Origin: Porphyridium purpureum
Lineage: Eukaryota
Length of the DNA: 64,000 nt
Direction: 5' to 3'
NCBI GenBank assembly: GCA_008690995.1
Contig: VRMN01000003.1
Span: forward strand, 1,054,001-1,118,000
Shown: piece by piece, positions 9,571-20,540 of the stretch
Numbering within the stretch: position 1 is the stretch's first letter
Layout of the letters: each line of letters opens with the position of its first letter
Notes under the pieces: generated by a model
The model's database searches: none
What the model was told of the DNA's origin: nothing
Seen by the model: the letters and a program-made list of their open reading frames with translations, nothing else
Program-made: the position numbers and the translations under genes

Positions 9571-10049
9571 GTTAAAACGAACCGGTCGGTGTTCAGCCGG
9601 CACGCAGTCTCGCTCGCCGTGTTCCAAGCTTCCTTCCTCGACACGCCTACCCCGCGATCCAACACTTGAATCGCGTTCGTTACCTGCACCAAGCTCCCCT
9701 CTACCCCGTTTCCCCAGAACCCTCCGCCCCACTTACCACAAAAGCAAGGCGTCTATCAACGTGAGCCAGTTTCTCTCAGCTCTCGAGCTCTCGCATCAAA
9801 AAGCCCCTTCTGTGCGGTGAACGCGCCGCAGTCTAAAAGTTCCTAGAGGTACAGTTCGACGTGACTGGACCGGGCAAACGCCAGCTGCGTTACGCCTCGC
9901 GGAAGGTCCCAACCAATGAGTATCGACGACAAATAAGTTTATAGTGGTCGTGGCCATAGACAGGTTGGTTCGGTATCGGGTCACACGTTTCTTCCCTCAT
10001 TCCTTCTCAAAATTCCAAAACAAAAATAGGACGGAGCGTCTTCAGGATA

Positions 10050-12023
10050 TCACGATGATCCCTCCCAAGGCGCGGTCAATGGAGGCTCAGTGACACTGAC
10101 GCTTCGGAACCGCTCGGCGCGAAACTTCTGCTTGATGTGATTGCCTGGATTGGGATGCTCGTAAGCAGTAACCCACAATTGGTACATGTCCCAGCTGGCA
10201 CGCCTGACGTCCTGTGATGTCAGTCCACTATAGTACGACAGGTTGGGACACCAGGGGCTTAGGGCGTGCGTATGGCGGGCCAGTGCAACAGCTGCCACAG
10301 CAATAATGCTCGGCGGATAACGTATCATTCGATAGTCGACCATGGAGAGAGTACACAGGAACAACGACAGGACGCACGTATCTGGTGATGCATCCACTGC
10401 CCGCAGCATGCGCGGCAGGTACTGTAGAGGCGTGATGCTAACCATGTTGAAGTTGAGCGTGTTCAGAATCAGACTCTCCATTCGAATCAGCTCGTCACGC
10501 TGGTACGTGCCCGCAGCGACGTGCGCAAAGTCCTCCACGTTTGGTGGGTGGATCTCTTCGAATTTGCTTGCCAGCATCATGCAAACGATTCCTACAAGCT
10601 GCAACCTTGTGTGGTGCAGGCGCGGCATGTGCGTCAGGAAGCGGTCCACGTAGCTGACCGTGATGAAGGACGTCTCATCACGGAGCAGATATTCATCCTG
10701 GACTTCAATAAGCCAGTCAACGAGCTGCGCACGCATTCTTGGCGAGATGTCATCTTGGTCGTCCATGTATCTTGCATTGGGCATGCGCCTCCTTTCAGAG
10801 GCACGCAAGTTCTGTACAATATCCTGTATGTACTCAGTAGCATACAGCGGGTCTCCCAGAATGGCTTCGTCAATATTCCGCTCAGGCTCAGCGGACGGAC
10901 GCAACCCGGCTTCACTGCTTGTGAAGCTCAACAAGGTATCTCCACTGGAAGACTCCTCGACATCTGCCTCTGGGCCAGGCGGTGACATTTCAAGCGCGTC
11001 GACTCCCGAAGTGTCACGTTCATGCCGACTTTCTGACTCTACGTTTTCGCCTGCCAGGAGTACTTGCACGGAAACATGAGCTTCTGGAGGCCCGCCTCTG
11101 TCCAAATGCTTATTTCTTAACATCAAATGGCCTTGTTCCAGCGGGCGATCTTGATGCAAGCTCGAATGGCTACCAGCGCCTAGTACATTGGGCTCCTCCT
11201 TTCCATTTCCTGCAGGCATCCCATCAGTCGACGCGTCTGAAAGGACAGCCAACGGAGGGTCCTGAGCGCTTTCACGCAGGCCGCCATCATTTTGCACGTG
11301 CTGTTGTGTCACCCGGCGATCTACCTGAAAGTGCGCCGCCGAAGTTGCTTGACTTGCGTGGATGCGGGATGCAGCAGATCTGAAACAATCCAGCACGTTC
11401 AGATTCCCCACTTTTACCGTGGCCACGCGCATCGGCGTCTCATCGGAATGGTCCACGTCTGGTCCGTGGTTCAATGGACTGGCGCTGTCCAAATGAGGAA
11501 ACTCAGCAGACAGTTCGTTCTGCTCCGAGCTGGTCACGCTCGACGCGGACCTACGTCTCGAGGAGTCAAATCGGCGTCGAGGCTGAGAACCTTGCCTCTC
11601 TTGACGATGCACTTCGTCGGAATAGATCTGAAACGGTACTACGTGCGTCTGCGCGGCTTGTCCCGTACAAAATGCGGGCCGCGCGTCGACCCCCGTGGTA
11701 CTCTCGGCCGACGAGGATCGACCTGGCTTTTGCGGCGGTTCCTGAGTGGCAACGTTCACGGCACCGCTCTGCCCCTGCAAGTGCTGCTCACCAGCACGTC
11801 GACTTTGCGAACCCAACCTGCCTTCATCGTCACGCAGCACAAATCCCTTGTCCTCCACCGGCGCTCTTTGCGCAGGGACAGAGTTGCTCCCTGGTGCAGA
11901 CACAGGAATTTCTGACAGGGGCATACGACGAATCTGTTTAGGGTCAGGTCGCGTGTGCTGGGCGGCGTCTTGTGAGTGATCACGCCGATGCCGCCTCTGC
12001 GGCAGCTGTAGGGAACGCTTCAT
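10050..12023 (-). CDS. A-type (mitotic) cyclin
   Basis: MRAQLVDWLIEV, YVDRFL, LQLVGIVCMMLASKFEEIHPP. Long disordered N-terminus with an RxxL-like D-box (RMPLSEI). Confidence 0.9.
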   Translation of the reverse strand: MKRSLQLPQRRHRRDHSQDAAQHTRPDPKQIRRMPLSEIPVSAPGSNSVPAQRAPVEDKGFVLRDDEGRLGSQSRRAGEQHLQGQSGAVNVATQEPPQKPGRSSSAESTTGVDARPAFCTGQAAQTHVVPFQIYSDEVHRQERQGSQPRRRFDSSRRRSASSVTSSEQNELSAEFPHLDSASPLNHGPDVDHSDETPMRVATVKVGNLNVLDCFRSAASRIHASQATSAAHFQVDRRVTQQHVQNDGGLRESAQDPPLAVLSDASTDGMPAGNGKEEPNVLGAGSHSSLHQDRPLEQGHLMLRNKHLDRGGPPEAHVSVQVLLAGENVESESRHERDTSGVDALEMSPPGPEADVEESSSGDTLLSFTSSEAGLRPSAEPERNIDEAILGDPLYATEYIQDIVQNLRASERRRMPNARYMDDQDDISPRMRAQLVDWLIEVQDEYLLRDETSFITVSYVDRFLTHMPRLHHTRLQLVGIVCMMLASKFEEIHPPNVEDFAHVAAGTYQRDELIRMESLILNTLNFNMVSITPLQYLPRMLRAVDASPDTCVLSLFLCTLSMVDYRMIRYPPSIIAVAAVALARHTHALSPWCPNLSYYSGLTSQDVRRASWDMYQLWVTAYEHPNPGNHIKQKFRAERFRSVSVTEPPLTAPWEGSS

Positions 12024-13087
12024 GGCGCCCTATTCGACAGTACGCGACTGAGTACGTTTGCAGCCAAACGGTGCGCAAGCGCCTCTCGCTCGAAAGCAGG
12101 GTTGCTTGGAAAACAGCGCGATGAGCAGGCGGCGGAAAGCGTCAGCTCGCAACCTGCGCCTGTGTTCTTTTTCCCAGCCACGTGCAAGAATTCGTTCACA
12201 TCGGCGGCATCGTCATTCATCAAATGGCTCCAGCCGTGGTGGATTCTTATACGTCGAGCCTGGCAGCCGTCCTTCGATCAACTGGGGCTGGAGCGATCCA
12301 CGAACAAAGGGAATGCACCAGCCTCTCTGGCGTCACCGTGGTGCGTGCCACACTCAGATGTCTCCAACGTACACACCACCACAAGCCTGACGACAAGCAC
12401 GACAAAAAAGCAAAACACTGGGTCCCTGTTGGCACTTTGTCCCGCGGGGATCGTCCTCTTTCTTCCGTCTCACTCGAGCAAAGCCTTCTCGGCCTCGGTC
12501 TGATCGCGCGCCCTTTTTTTCTTCCTCGAAACCAAAGGCTCAACTGCGCGAACTGCGTTCCTCAAGCTTTGAACATGCGGCTCAGCCCCCTTCTTCCACC
12601 CCCTATGCTCGTCCTCGTTCAAACGACCTCGTTCGGCTATCCACTCCTGCGCGTGGCCTCTCTTGTTTCTTCTGTGTTGCACTCTTCCCGCTCTTGCCCC
12701 TCGATCGTCCGCTCAGACTCTCTTTGTACCCAAATACGCCCAAACAAAACACACTTGTCATCCATTCGCCACGACACGCTTTCGCAAGCGCATTCACACA
12801 CACACACACACACAAAACCCAACGATTCTCACCCGAAACCCATCACCACCGCCCTCCGAAAATGACCAGCACCCACATCAACTGAAACCTCCTACTTAAA
12901 CAACCCCGTTCACAAGCACGCGCACGCCTCGCCAATCTTCCCAGTGGCGCTCGTGCTATCAAAACAAACGGCCTTTTCGTACCTTGCTCTGTGTGTGCTC
13001 TTGAGCGCTTTGTCCTTCCTTCTTTTGTATCGCTTTTCGTCCTTTTTTCCCTTCTTTTCTTCCTCCTTTTTTCGTTTTCGTCCATTT

Positions 13088-13325
13088 TTCAAAATGGACT
13101 GACCTGGCCTGCCACTCGTTCGCATTTTCAAACCGTTGCTGTTTGGCGCTGGTTTTGGTGCGGAGGCGCGGTTTCGCGCGTTTGACAGGATATAGTAAAA
13201 CCAGGTCATTGTAGTATAAACAGTGAAAATTGAAAGGATCCAAAATAAACGCGCGTGAAAGACACGTAAGAAACTGATTCAAAATCCATTCAAATGTTTG
13301 AAATGGACCACGCGCGCCAAAACGG
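13088..13325. promoter_or_regulatory. Cluster of CHR, E2F and MSA-like cell-cycle elements upstream of the cyclin gene
   Basis: TTCAAA/TTTGAA at 13088, 13127, 13278, 13289 and 13297. TTTSGCGC at 13142, 13172 and 13314 (reverse). AACGG cores at 13133 (reverse) and 13321. Confidence 0.5.
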
Positions 13326-15485
13326 CGCGGGGGCGTTGTGGACGGTGGTGACGGTGGCAGCTGTGCGGGGAGGGCATCGTGCCACCACGCTCTGCCTGCT
13401 TGCTGAAACTGACACACTCGCGTGGCATGAGACTGCCTCGCGCGCTGGATGGCTGGCTTGCAGGTACGCCGTGGTTTCCGTTCGTGCCACGTTGGTGCAC
13501 GCACACCTGGATGGCACAAGTGTTTGAACGCAGCGCGTTGACGGCCTGGTCGGAAATAGAAATTGTTGGGCCTCCGTCGCACGCTGCTGATTGTGTATGA
13601 TGCTTACCAGATCATTTGCCTGCCAGGAAGAAGTGTGCCAAGGGCTCCCGATGCGCGTTGCCGCCAGCAAGAACATGACGAGCTTTGAGGAAGGCATGTG
13701 CGACTCTAAATTTAGAAAGCGCCCGTCCCAAGCAAACCAAGTCCCTCCAATCGTCTGCCAGCCCGCTCGGCGCGCGGCGCGCGAGGGAACACGTCAAGGT
13801 TGGCGCGGAAGGAGCCGCCTGGTGCAGCGCACGTTGCACAGGTGATCCCGGCATGTACCGTGACTTTTGCGCGGCGCTGATGCGCGGGCTTTAGCCGCCT
13901 CGTATGGCACAAAGTCCCTGCATACACCGAAGCGCATTGTTGAAGTGCAACCCGCCACGACGTCATGGCATTGACGGCGCAGCCAGGCATGGGCCAAGCG
14001 GTCCGCATCCCTTGAGAAAACTGCGTCGCTCTTTCTGACGTATGTGAGGGTGTGGTTGCGATCAAAGAACGCTTTCCTGGTGTTCTTGGCGCGCATGGCG
14101 TACGAAATGCTGCCTTTGTCCTGGGGTAGGTCATGATGCCTGCGATTCTGGCAGCACAAGTGGCCAGCCAAATCTGGAACCGGTCGCGCTTCCAAACCCA
14201 TTCAGTACCGCACGTATATTTCGCAAGACAACGCGCGTTCGCTTATGGATACAGTGTCGACCACCTGCGACCATGAAACATTTCTCGCACGCAATCATCG
14301 AAAAGAGGGCGCAGGGCATTGCTCAGCAAAGCCCTTACGTGTAAGACAAAGCAGCATCCGCTTCTGATCTGGGCTAATCTCGCAGTCCGCCCGATTCATG
14401 GAAGTGAATGATCGTGCTGGGGTTGCTTCTCACACAAACCGCTGCAGCTTAAAAGACTGATGAAGTCGGCCGCATCCCAGTGGACTTGCGAGCGCTCGGT
14501 TGCGCCACAGAAAGACGACTTGAAAAGGCGAGTGTGTGAAAGATTGCAGAAATCGTGTCCAGGCACTCCTTCGCACCGACTGCCAATTAAATCCAGGACT
14601 TCCAGACCGCGGAAGCGTATGAATTGCCTAGACCAAGCACGAGCCTCAAAGCCGCGGAGGGATGTTCTTCTAAGATGTTGCGGACGTACATTGGGCACCA
14701 GGCATGCACTGCCCATTGAATATGGGTGTATAGTGTACCGGCAAGTGCGGGCTTGCAGTGCTCCGGTTATTGGCACGATCGAGGTGGAAACGGATCAGAA
14801 GCGAGCGACCATCACTTTGGATATGGGCTGCAGACCTGGCAGTCGAACGCAGGCCAAGTGACGCTGTCGCGGTGCATCCAAAGCAATGCTGGATGTGATT
14901 TTTATGGCCAAGGGTTCGCTAAAAGATGCAGAGCAGCGGGGACACTCGGCAATGTTGAGAAGGAATGTGAAAGTTAGATGCTTGGGGAGATGTCCATAGA
15001 AAAGACTGCTTTCCCCCGAATAAAATGTTTTCTCATTTTTCGGCCTGGTTGGCCGGTACCAAGGCGACCGTATCGCACGTTCGACGAGCGGGTCAAGGGC
15101 AAAGCCTATTGCGTGTGGTTCGCAGGGCCCGGCTACAAGGAGTGTCTAGTGGATGAGTTCCGCACCAGCTACAATAATTGTCATCGCAAAGAAACACGAA
15201 GAGTGCAGATTCTGCTGACGTCTGCGGAACAAAAAATGAAGACCTCGAGCAACAGATGGAAGGTCGCTTGCAACGTTCTGCGCGGTGTGGAGCGATCCGA
15301 TCACCTCTGAAGCATAGTTCCGGCCAAGTACACGGCTGAGAGTCAGGCTCGCTTGGGTTTTTGCATGACCATCTCCAAGCATTTTACATAGACATGAGCG
15401 AGGTCCGGTGTTGAGGAGATGAAACGCTTTCAACATTGTAAAATGTTGGACAGCGTGTAGCACATGTGCGCACACAGTCTATGAG

Positions 15486-15878
15486 TCATAATCCAGTAGG
15501 ATCGCCCGTGACACTTTTTCCGTCCGCTTTGTCGCACGATGAAGAGTCTGCTGCGGCTTCAAGCATCTCCTTTTCCCTTGGCATCCCCTCGGTGCCGCTC
15601 GACATCCGTTGGCGAGCGCGCTCCCTTTTTGAGCGACGCCTTGCAGCCTTTCGAATTGTCTTCAGTTGCTCCTTTTCTTGCCGTGTTTGAAGAGCCTGCC
15701 TGCATTCCACGTTCTCACGCCTCTTCGTCTCCGCGAGGTGGAGCTCGCGCAGTCGCTTCATCTCCGTGCGCCGCTGTTCGCGGTAGACATGAAACTCGCC
15801 ACTCCCAGCGCCGGCAATGCTAGACGAAACATTTTTACCGCGGGCCGCGTCTGTCAGCGGGATTGTGTTGTGATCCAT
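15486..15878 (-). CDS. PRKRIP1: PRKR-interacting protein 1-like (DUF1168) splicing factor
   Basis: Signature NVSSSIAGAGSGEFHVYR..RR.E..RL followed by a charged coiled coil. Confidence 0.85.
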   Translation of the reverse strand: MDHNTIPLTDAARGKNVSSSIAGAGSGEFHVYREQRRTEMKRLRELHLAETKRRENVECRQALQTRQEKEQLKTIRKAARRRSKRERARQRMSSGTEGMPREKEMLEAAADSSSCDKADGKSVTGDPTGL

Positions 15879-15971
15879 ATAGTCTGTAGGACACGATTCT
15901 CAAATCGCATCGGACTACAAAGACTCCTCCGTGCCAGCGTGCCTTGATTACATTCGTCACGTAAGCTTCTT

Positions 15972-17162
15972 TTATTCAGAGAGTCCGAGCCTACGAGAAA
16001 GCATGACCCAAGTGGACCCGCCAACAACATTGTTAATGGTTCGAATGACTGCGCAGAATACCTTTGCAACAGGGAGTGAAGCCGAGTCGAACAGGGCGCG
16101 CTCCGCACCTGACACGAGCTGGTATCTGGGCGCTGCGCTCACGACCATAAACGCGGCCCAGCCAAGTCCGTTTGGAATCACTCCCGGCAGTGCGTCTATT
16201 TTCTCACGGAGCTCTTTGGACTTGGCTGGTGAGCGTGCCGCACGGAGCTTGGTGTACTGAATACCATAGTGCGCAGATGTGCCAAGCATACCGGCCGCCA
16301 GCCCGCACAAGCTGAACACAGAAGTTTTGGCGACGTAACCTGCAACGCGCTGCCCAAACGAAAAGTTGCCTTTTGCAAACGCGTTTGCAGGAAGGCGGCT
16401 TAGCACCCCAGTCTTGGCGCCGAGCGTCGGTGTGAGTAGATACAGAAGTATGAAGTTAAGCGAAAACCCAACAGTCATGTCCAGGAAGAAGGTATCGAGG
16501 TCGTCCAGAATGGCCATTCCGCGCGCAGCCACGAAGCCAGAGCCGGCAAGCCCGACTCCAAGCGTTTCCTCCATCAGCAGTTTAAACGGAAACTCCGGAT
16601 CGCCGAGCACCCTGCGATGAAAGCCTGGCCATATGCTGCAGATTCTTTTCACAAAGGGATTCTCCATGATCTCCAGGTAGTCCTGGACGTGTTTCGGCCC
16701 GAATCTCAGTAGCTGCTCGGAATAGTCCTTGATATTCTTACCGTGCTTGGCCATCAGTGCCGCGATCTCTGCCAAACCAGGGATATCGCCGTGGCTCTCA
16801 TCGTGTCCAAAATCTCCCTTGTCACCACCGCCACCACTGCCTCCACTGGCGCTCCCGCTGCCTGCTCCACCATCATCCGCGCGCATCGCAGGCAAGTGGC
16901 CTGTCTGTGAATGCACCCGCCCGCGCCGTCGCACGCGCCTAACGTGTGCCGCCGGGAGCCCAGCAGAGCAGCCATGCAGCCTCTCTATGCTGTGCTGTGC
17001 CCGCGCGCGTGAGTTCGAGTCCACGGCCCAGTTGGCAGACAAATAAGACGCCGCGGCGGTGTTCCTCGGGCGCCGCGGGGGCTCCACCGAGTCGATCGCG
17101 CGATCCCGCAGTGATGGCGTCCACGATGCCGGTGCGGCGCCCACGAACGCCGTCACATCCAT
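15972..17162 (-). CDS. RETICULATA-related plastid inner-envelope protein (DUF3411)
   Basis: Transit-peptide-like N-terminus (MDVTAFVG), Gly-rich linker, RVLGDPEFPFKL..E, and a late PRYQLVSG.E...RT.NN..GG motif. Confidence 0.85.
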   Translation of the reverse strand: MDVTAFVGAAPASWTPSLRDRAIDSVEPPRRPRNTAAASYLSANWAVDSNSRARAQHSIERLHGCSAGLPAAHVRRVRRRGRVHSQTGHLPAMRADDGGAGSGSASGGSGGGGDKGDFGHDESHGDIPGLAEIAALMAKHGKNIKDYSEQLLRFGPKHVQDYLEIMENPFVKRICSIWPGFHRRVLGDPEFPFKLLMEETLGVGLAGSGFVAARGMAILDDLDTFFLDMTVGFSLNFILLYLLTPTLGAKTGVLSRLPANAFAKGNFSFGQRVAGYVAKTSVFSLCGLAAGMLGTSAHYGIQYTKLRAARSPAKSKELREKIDALPGVIPNGLGWAAFMVVSAAPRYQLVSGAERALFDSASLPVAKVFCAVIRTINNVVGGSTWVMLSRRLGLSE

Positions 17163-17595
17163 CTGATACAAGGTGTCCTTCCGCTCGTCTCCTCTTCCCA
17201 GATCCGCCTCCTATCCCTCTCAGGCCACACGAGTGCGCTTCTATCCCACATGCACCCGCACACGTCCGTCGGCCTTCGCAGTTCCCACCCGCGAATCTCG
17301 CGCCGCTCGCGCTACTAAACCTAGGCGCCGATAACTGCATTTCGAACCCTACCGGATGTCCTGGCTTTCATTTTTAATTCGCGCACGGGGCGAGTCTATT
17401 CGGCACCGTTCGCCATGCCGACGAACGAGAACTGTTCCGCGCTGGTTTCTGGTGGGCGCTAGGCACCGCCGGACAGGATACAACGCGGACACGTCGACAA
17501 CCCTTACAAGCTACAAGTCGTTCCTCCTGAAGATTAAAATTATTAATGTTGCTCATGTTGCCTCTCCGCGGATCCCGTGTTTCTTCAACACCCTG

Positions 17596-19227
17596 TTACG
17601 TTTGAGAAGCGCGGCTTGCATAATCACGGTCCGTTTCAGCATAGTCCACCAATTTCAGGCCAAACCTCTGCGCAGAAGTCGAGTGGGAATCGTCCCTCTG
17701 TGGCATCGTTTTCGGATGATGCTGCTGTCGACTGTGCGGGTCCGCCGGGGAAAGGGGCTTTGGTCCATGCGGGCTCCCGATGGGTGCGCTATGATCGTGT
17801 CCTTGTGGAGGTACGGGCGATGCGCGATCCGAATGCGCGCCAGGATTCAAAACGCTGGTGTGCCCTATCAGACCCTCATCATCATCCGACTCCAGGTGGG
17901 CGCCGAGTCCCGAATCTTGGCTTTCGAGCACTTCCATCATCTTGTCTTTCTCGAGAATCACGTTCGCCCTATACTTCAAGTACTTGTACCACATGGTCAG
18001 CATCGAATCTACGAAAAAGACCACAATGAGGCAGTAGACAAAGCCTTCCATCTTGAAATAGCGCTGCCCTTCGACACCGACCAAGCACTCGCTGCAAAAC
18101 GCAATACAGTTCGTTGTCTGACTCTGATCGCATTGCTCGCCGAGAATTTCCATGCGCTGAACACTTGCCGAGGTTTGGTTGAAGACAAGATTTCTCGACA
18201 TGTACGCCAGCGTCGAACTTAGCAACTCATCTTCCGTGCAAGTAACATTCATGCTGTAGACAAACACATTTTCCGTAATGCTTTCGGGAGTCTGGGTCTC
18301 GTACAAAAGAAAGGGACGCGCGATGGGCACCGGACCCCACACCGGGGTCAGCGTGCACGACGGGTTGGCCTTCTTCATGATGTCTGGCATGATGTCTGGC
18401 ATGCTGAGCCGAAGCGGGTCGGCAAACGGAACACTGAGCCCCTTCATGCCATCGGTGAAATCGTTAAGTGCTGAGAAATCCCTTGCCACAAGTTCCAGTT
18501 CGACCTTCAAGTAAGCTGATAGATCGCTTAAGGTTGTCACGTTATCAGCCTCGAGCCGCATCTCCAGCACTGAAGGCCAAAAGTAAAAGCGAACCTCGCG
18601 ATTGGTTCCCGCGAACACCGGCATGTCGACGTAATTGTTCAAGTGGCAGCTTCGAATTTGGATTGAGCTCTCGAAGTAAACGATGTTCTGCGACTCGACT
18701 CGAACATCGTTGCAGCTCGTGAGCGTGTCGAGCGCTTGCATGCCGTCCAGCGAGATGCTCGCCACACTCACTTCGCCCACGTTTCCAAACACAACATTGT
18801 AGCTCTTGATGTTGGTGAGAAAGATGGCTCCAAACTCTGCGGCAAAGAGCAGAGAGATGGCCACGATTGACGCAAACTTGACAAAGAACAGACCGCGCGG
18901 ATAAACGACGACCAGAAAATCTGCTTTGTCTGCAAAGCCACACTTGCGCATGAAAAAGTGGACAATCACGGTCAACCAGCGGTTTGTGGTGACCACGGTC
19001 GATAGAATATTTGAGTAAATGCGCTTCCCGAGGCGCGCGCTCACGGGCCCGCGACCTATGGCCCAGCTGACGAGATACACCACCTTTTCGATCAGCGCGC
19101 CCAAATAGTACACAATGACGGTAACCAAGATAGCAATGATCACGTTGTCCGAGCTATCGGACCCGGTGGTCCATCCCTGGTCATACTGCGCGCTGAGCTC
19201 AATCACCAGCGGCCGCTCAGCCGCCAT
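17596..19227 (-). CDS. Hypothetical membrane protein (N-terminal TMs, Cys-containing luminal region, C-terminal TM)
   Basis: ORF of about 543 aa with three hydrophobic segments and a low-complexity tail. No family recognised. Confidence 0.65.
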   Translation of the reverse strand: MAAERPLVIELSAQYDQGWTTGSDSSDNVIIAILVTVIVYYLGALIEKVVYLVSWAIGRGPVSARLGKRIYSNILSTVVTTNRWLTVIVHFFMRKCGFADKADFLVVVYPRGLFFVKFASIVAISLLFAAEFGAIFLTNIKSYNVVFGNVGEVSVASISLDGMQALDTLTSCNDVRVESQNIVYFESSIQIRSCHLNNYVDMPVFAGTNREVRFYFWPSVLEMRLEADNVTTLSDLSAYLKVELELVARDFSALNDFTDGMKGLSVPFADPLRLSMPDIMPDIMKKANPSCTLTPVWGPVPIARPFLLYETQTPESITENVFVYSMNVTCTEDELLSSTLAYMSRNLVFNQTSASVQRMEILGEQCDQSQTTNCIAFCSECLVGVEGQRYFKMEGFVYCLIVVFFVDSMLTMWYKYLKYRANVILEKDKMMEVLESQDSGLGAHLESDDDEGLIGHTSVLNPGAHSDRASPVPPQGHDHSAPIGSPHGPKPLSPADPHSRQQHHPKTMPQRDDSHSTSAQRFGLKLVDYAETDRDYASRASQT

Positions 19228-20540
19228 GGTGCGCAATCCTCACGGCTGACACCCGCCACGTCGCGCGCCCTTTTCACCTTCCCGCCAGCGTTGCGCCAAG
19301 AGTCCCGCACCCACTACTTCCCCCGTCCTCTCCAGAAGGCACACTGTGCAGAGCTTCCTTGCGCATGCGGCGCCGCTCTCTCCTCTCCGCGTTAGCGTCT
19401 GGCGTGTCTAATAATAACACGCGTCGACTCTGCGTTGCTCCTCCCCATGATTCCCATACATACACCCACACGTTCATACCTGATGACCGCTTTCCATATC
19501 AGGCAAGTGGCCAGCCGATGGAGAAAAGGACGCGTCTGCTTCATTTCTTGCGCGGGCCGTTTTTTTTCCTACGCGGAAGCCGCGCCGAACTCAACCTTCG
19601 TCGCACGTCCCGTGCATACTCAAAACGGGGCTATTCACTTAGACACGCGATGATTTGAATGCGTTTTGGATCAACTACCACTGCGTGAGTAGTGACCTAA
19701 ATCTTCCCGCCGACGCCACCATGCTGATTCAGACCAACGCATACACGCAAAATGGGTGTGTTTTTTTTAGTATGAAAGGACAGTGCGCACGGTTTGTTGA
19801 AAACACTCATAATGTGCGCTTTCCTGGTATGTAGGCTTATCGCCACGTCCTTTTTCAGGTTGGCGACGAATGTGGGTGGGCTAAGATGTTGCTGCTGCTG
19901 CTGCTGCTACTGCACCACGCCATAGTGTGTGCCTTGGTACCAGCTAAGCGCAGCAACTAGTTTAGTCTTCAGACAGGACACCGGCGTCCTGCGTTGGTCG
20001 TCCCGGCTAAATCTCACACCTACCTGGAGCGGGACCGGTTCTTTTCTCGGCCAAGCGACATGGGCATGATGCCAGCCAGCACCTGGTCTGGGTTTGTCGC
20101 GCCGGCGCGTGCATGCCGGCGCATGCATGCCTGCGCTTCGTTCCACGTGACAGAGACTCAGTGCGAGTCGGGATCCACACGGCGCGCCGCCACAACAAGC
20201 GCGCAATCGGCGGCGCAAAGGTGGTCTGTCTGTCTCACACAATCACAGCCGTTTGACGTCGAGCGAGCCCTGCCGTGCTGAGCGCACCACCACACACCGA
20301 GGTACACTCGGCGGTACACTTTCACTCCCGCGAACGATGCACGAGCCTAGTGAAACGGGTCTGTTCTGCTATGGAAACTGAGGTGTGGTTGGATGGGGCG
20401 GCGCGATGAGGACACGAGCTGTGAGGATGAAGCGGCTAGGGCGTAGGGCGGGGTCAGGCGCGTGTGTTGAGCAGCGGTTTGTATTGTGTGGAGCTTATGA
20501 GTGGTATGCGTTGTGGGAAGGGGCGCTGGCTGGAGGCAGG

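Noticed and set aside
12182..12865. 227-aa + strand ORF
   Set aside because: GTG start, low complexity with CA repeats; better explained as the cyclin leader or promoter on the opposite strand.
13500..15460. Short ORFs and a 45-nt intron-like segment (14341-14385)
   Set aside because: Could not be assembled into a credible gene or matched to a family.
17356..18222. 288-aa + strand ORF
   Set aside because: Antisense to the membrane-protein ORF, with no motifs.
19890..19907. (TGC)6 run
   Set aside because: Short intergenic microsatellite with no further structure.
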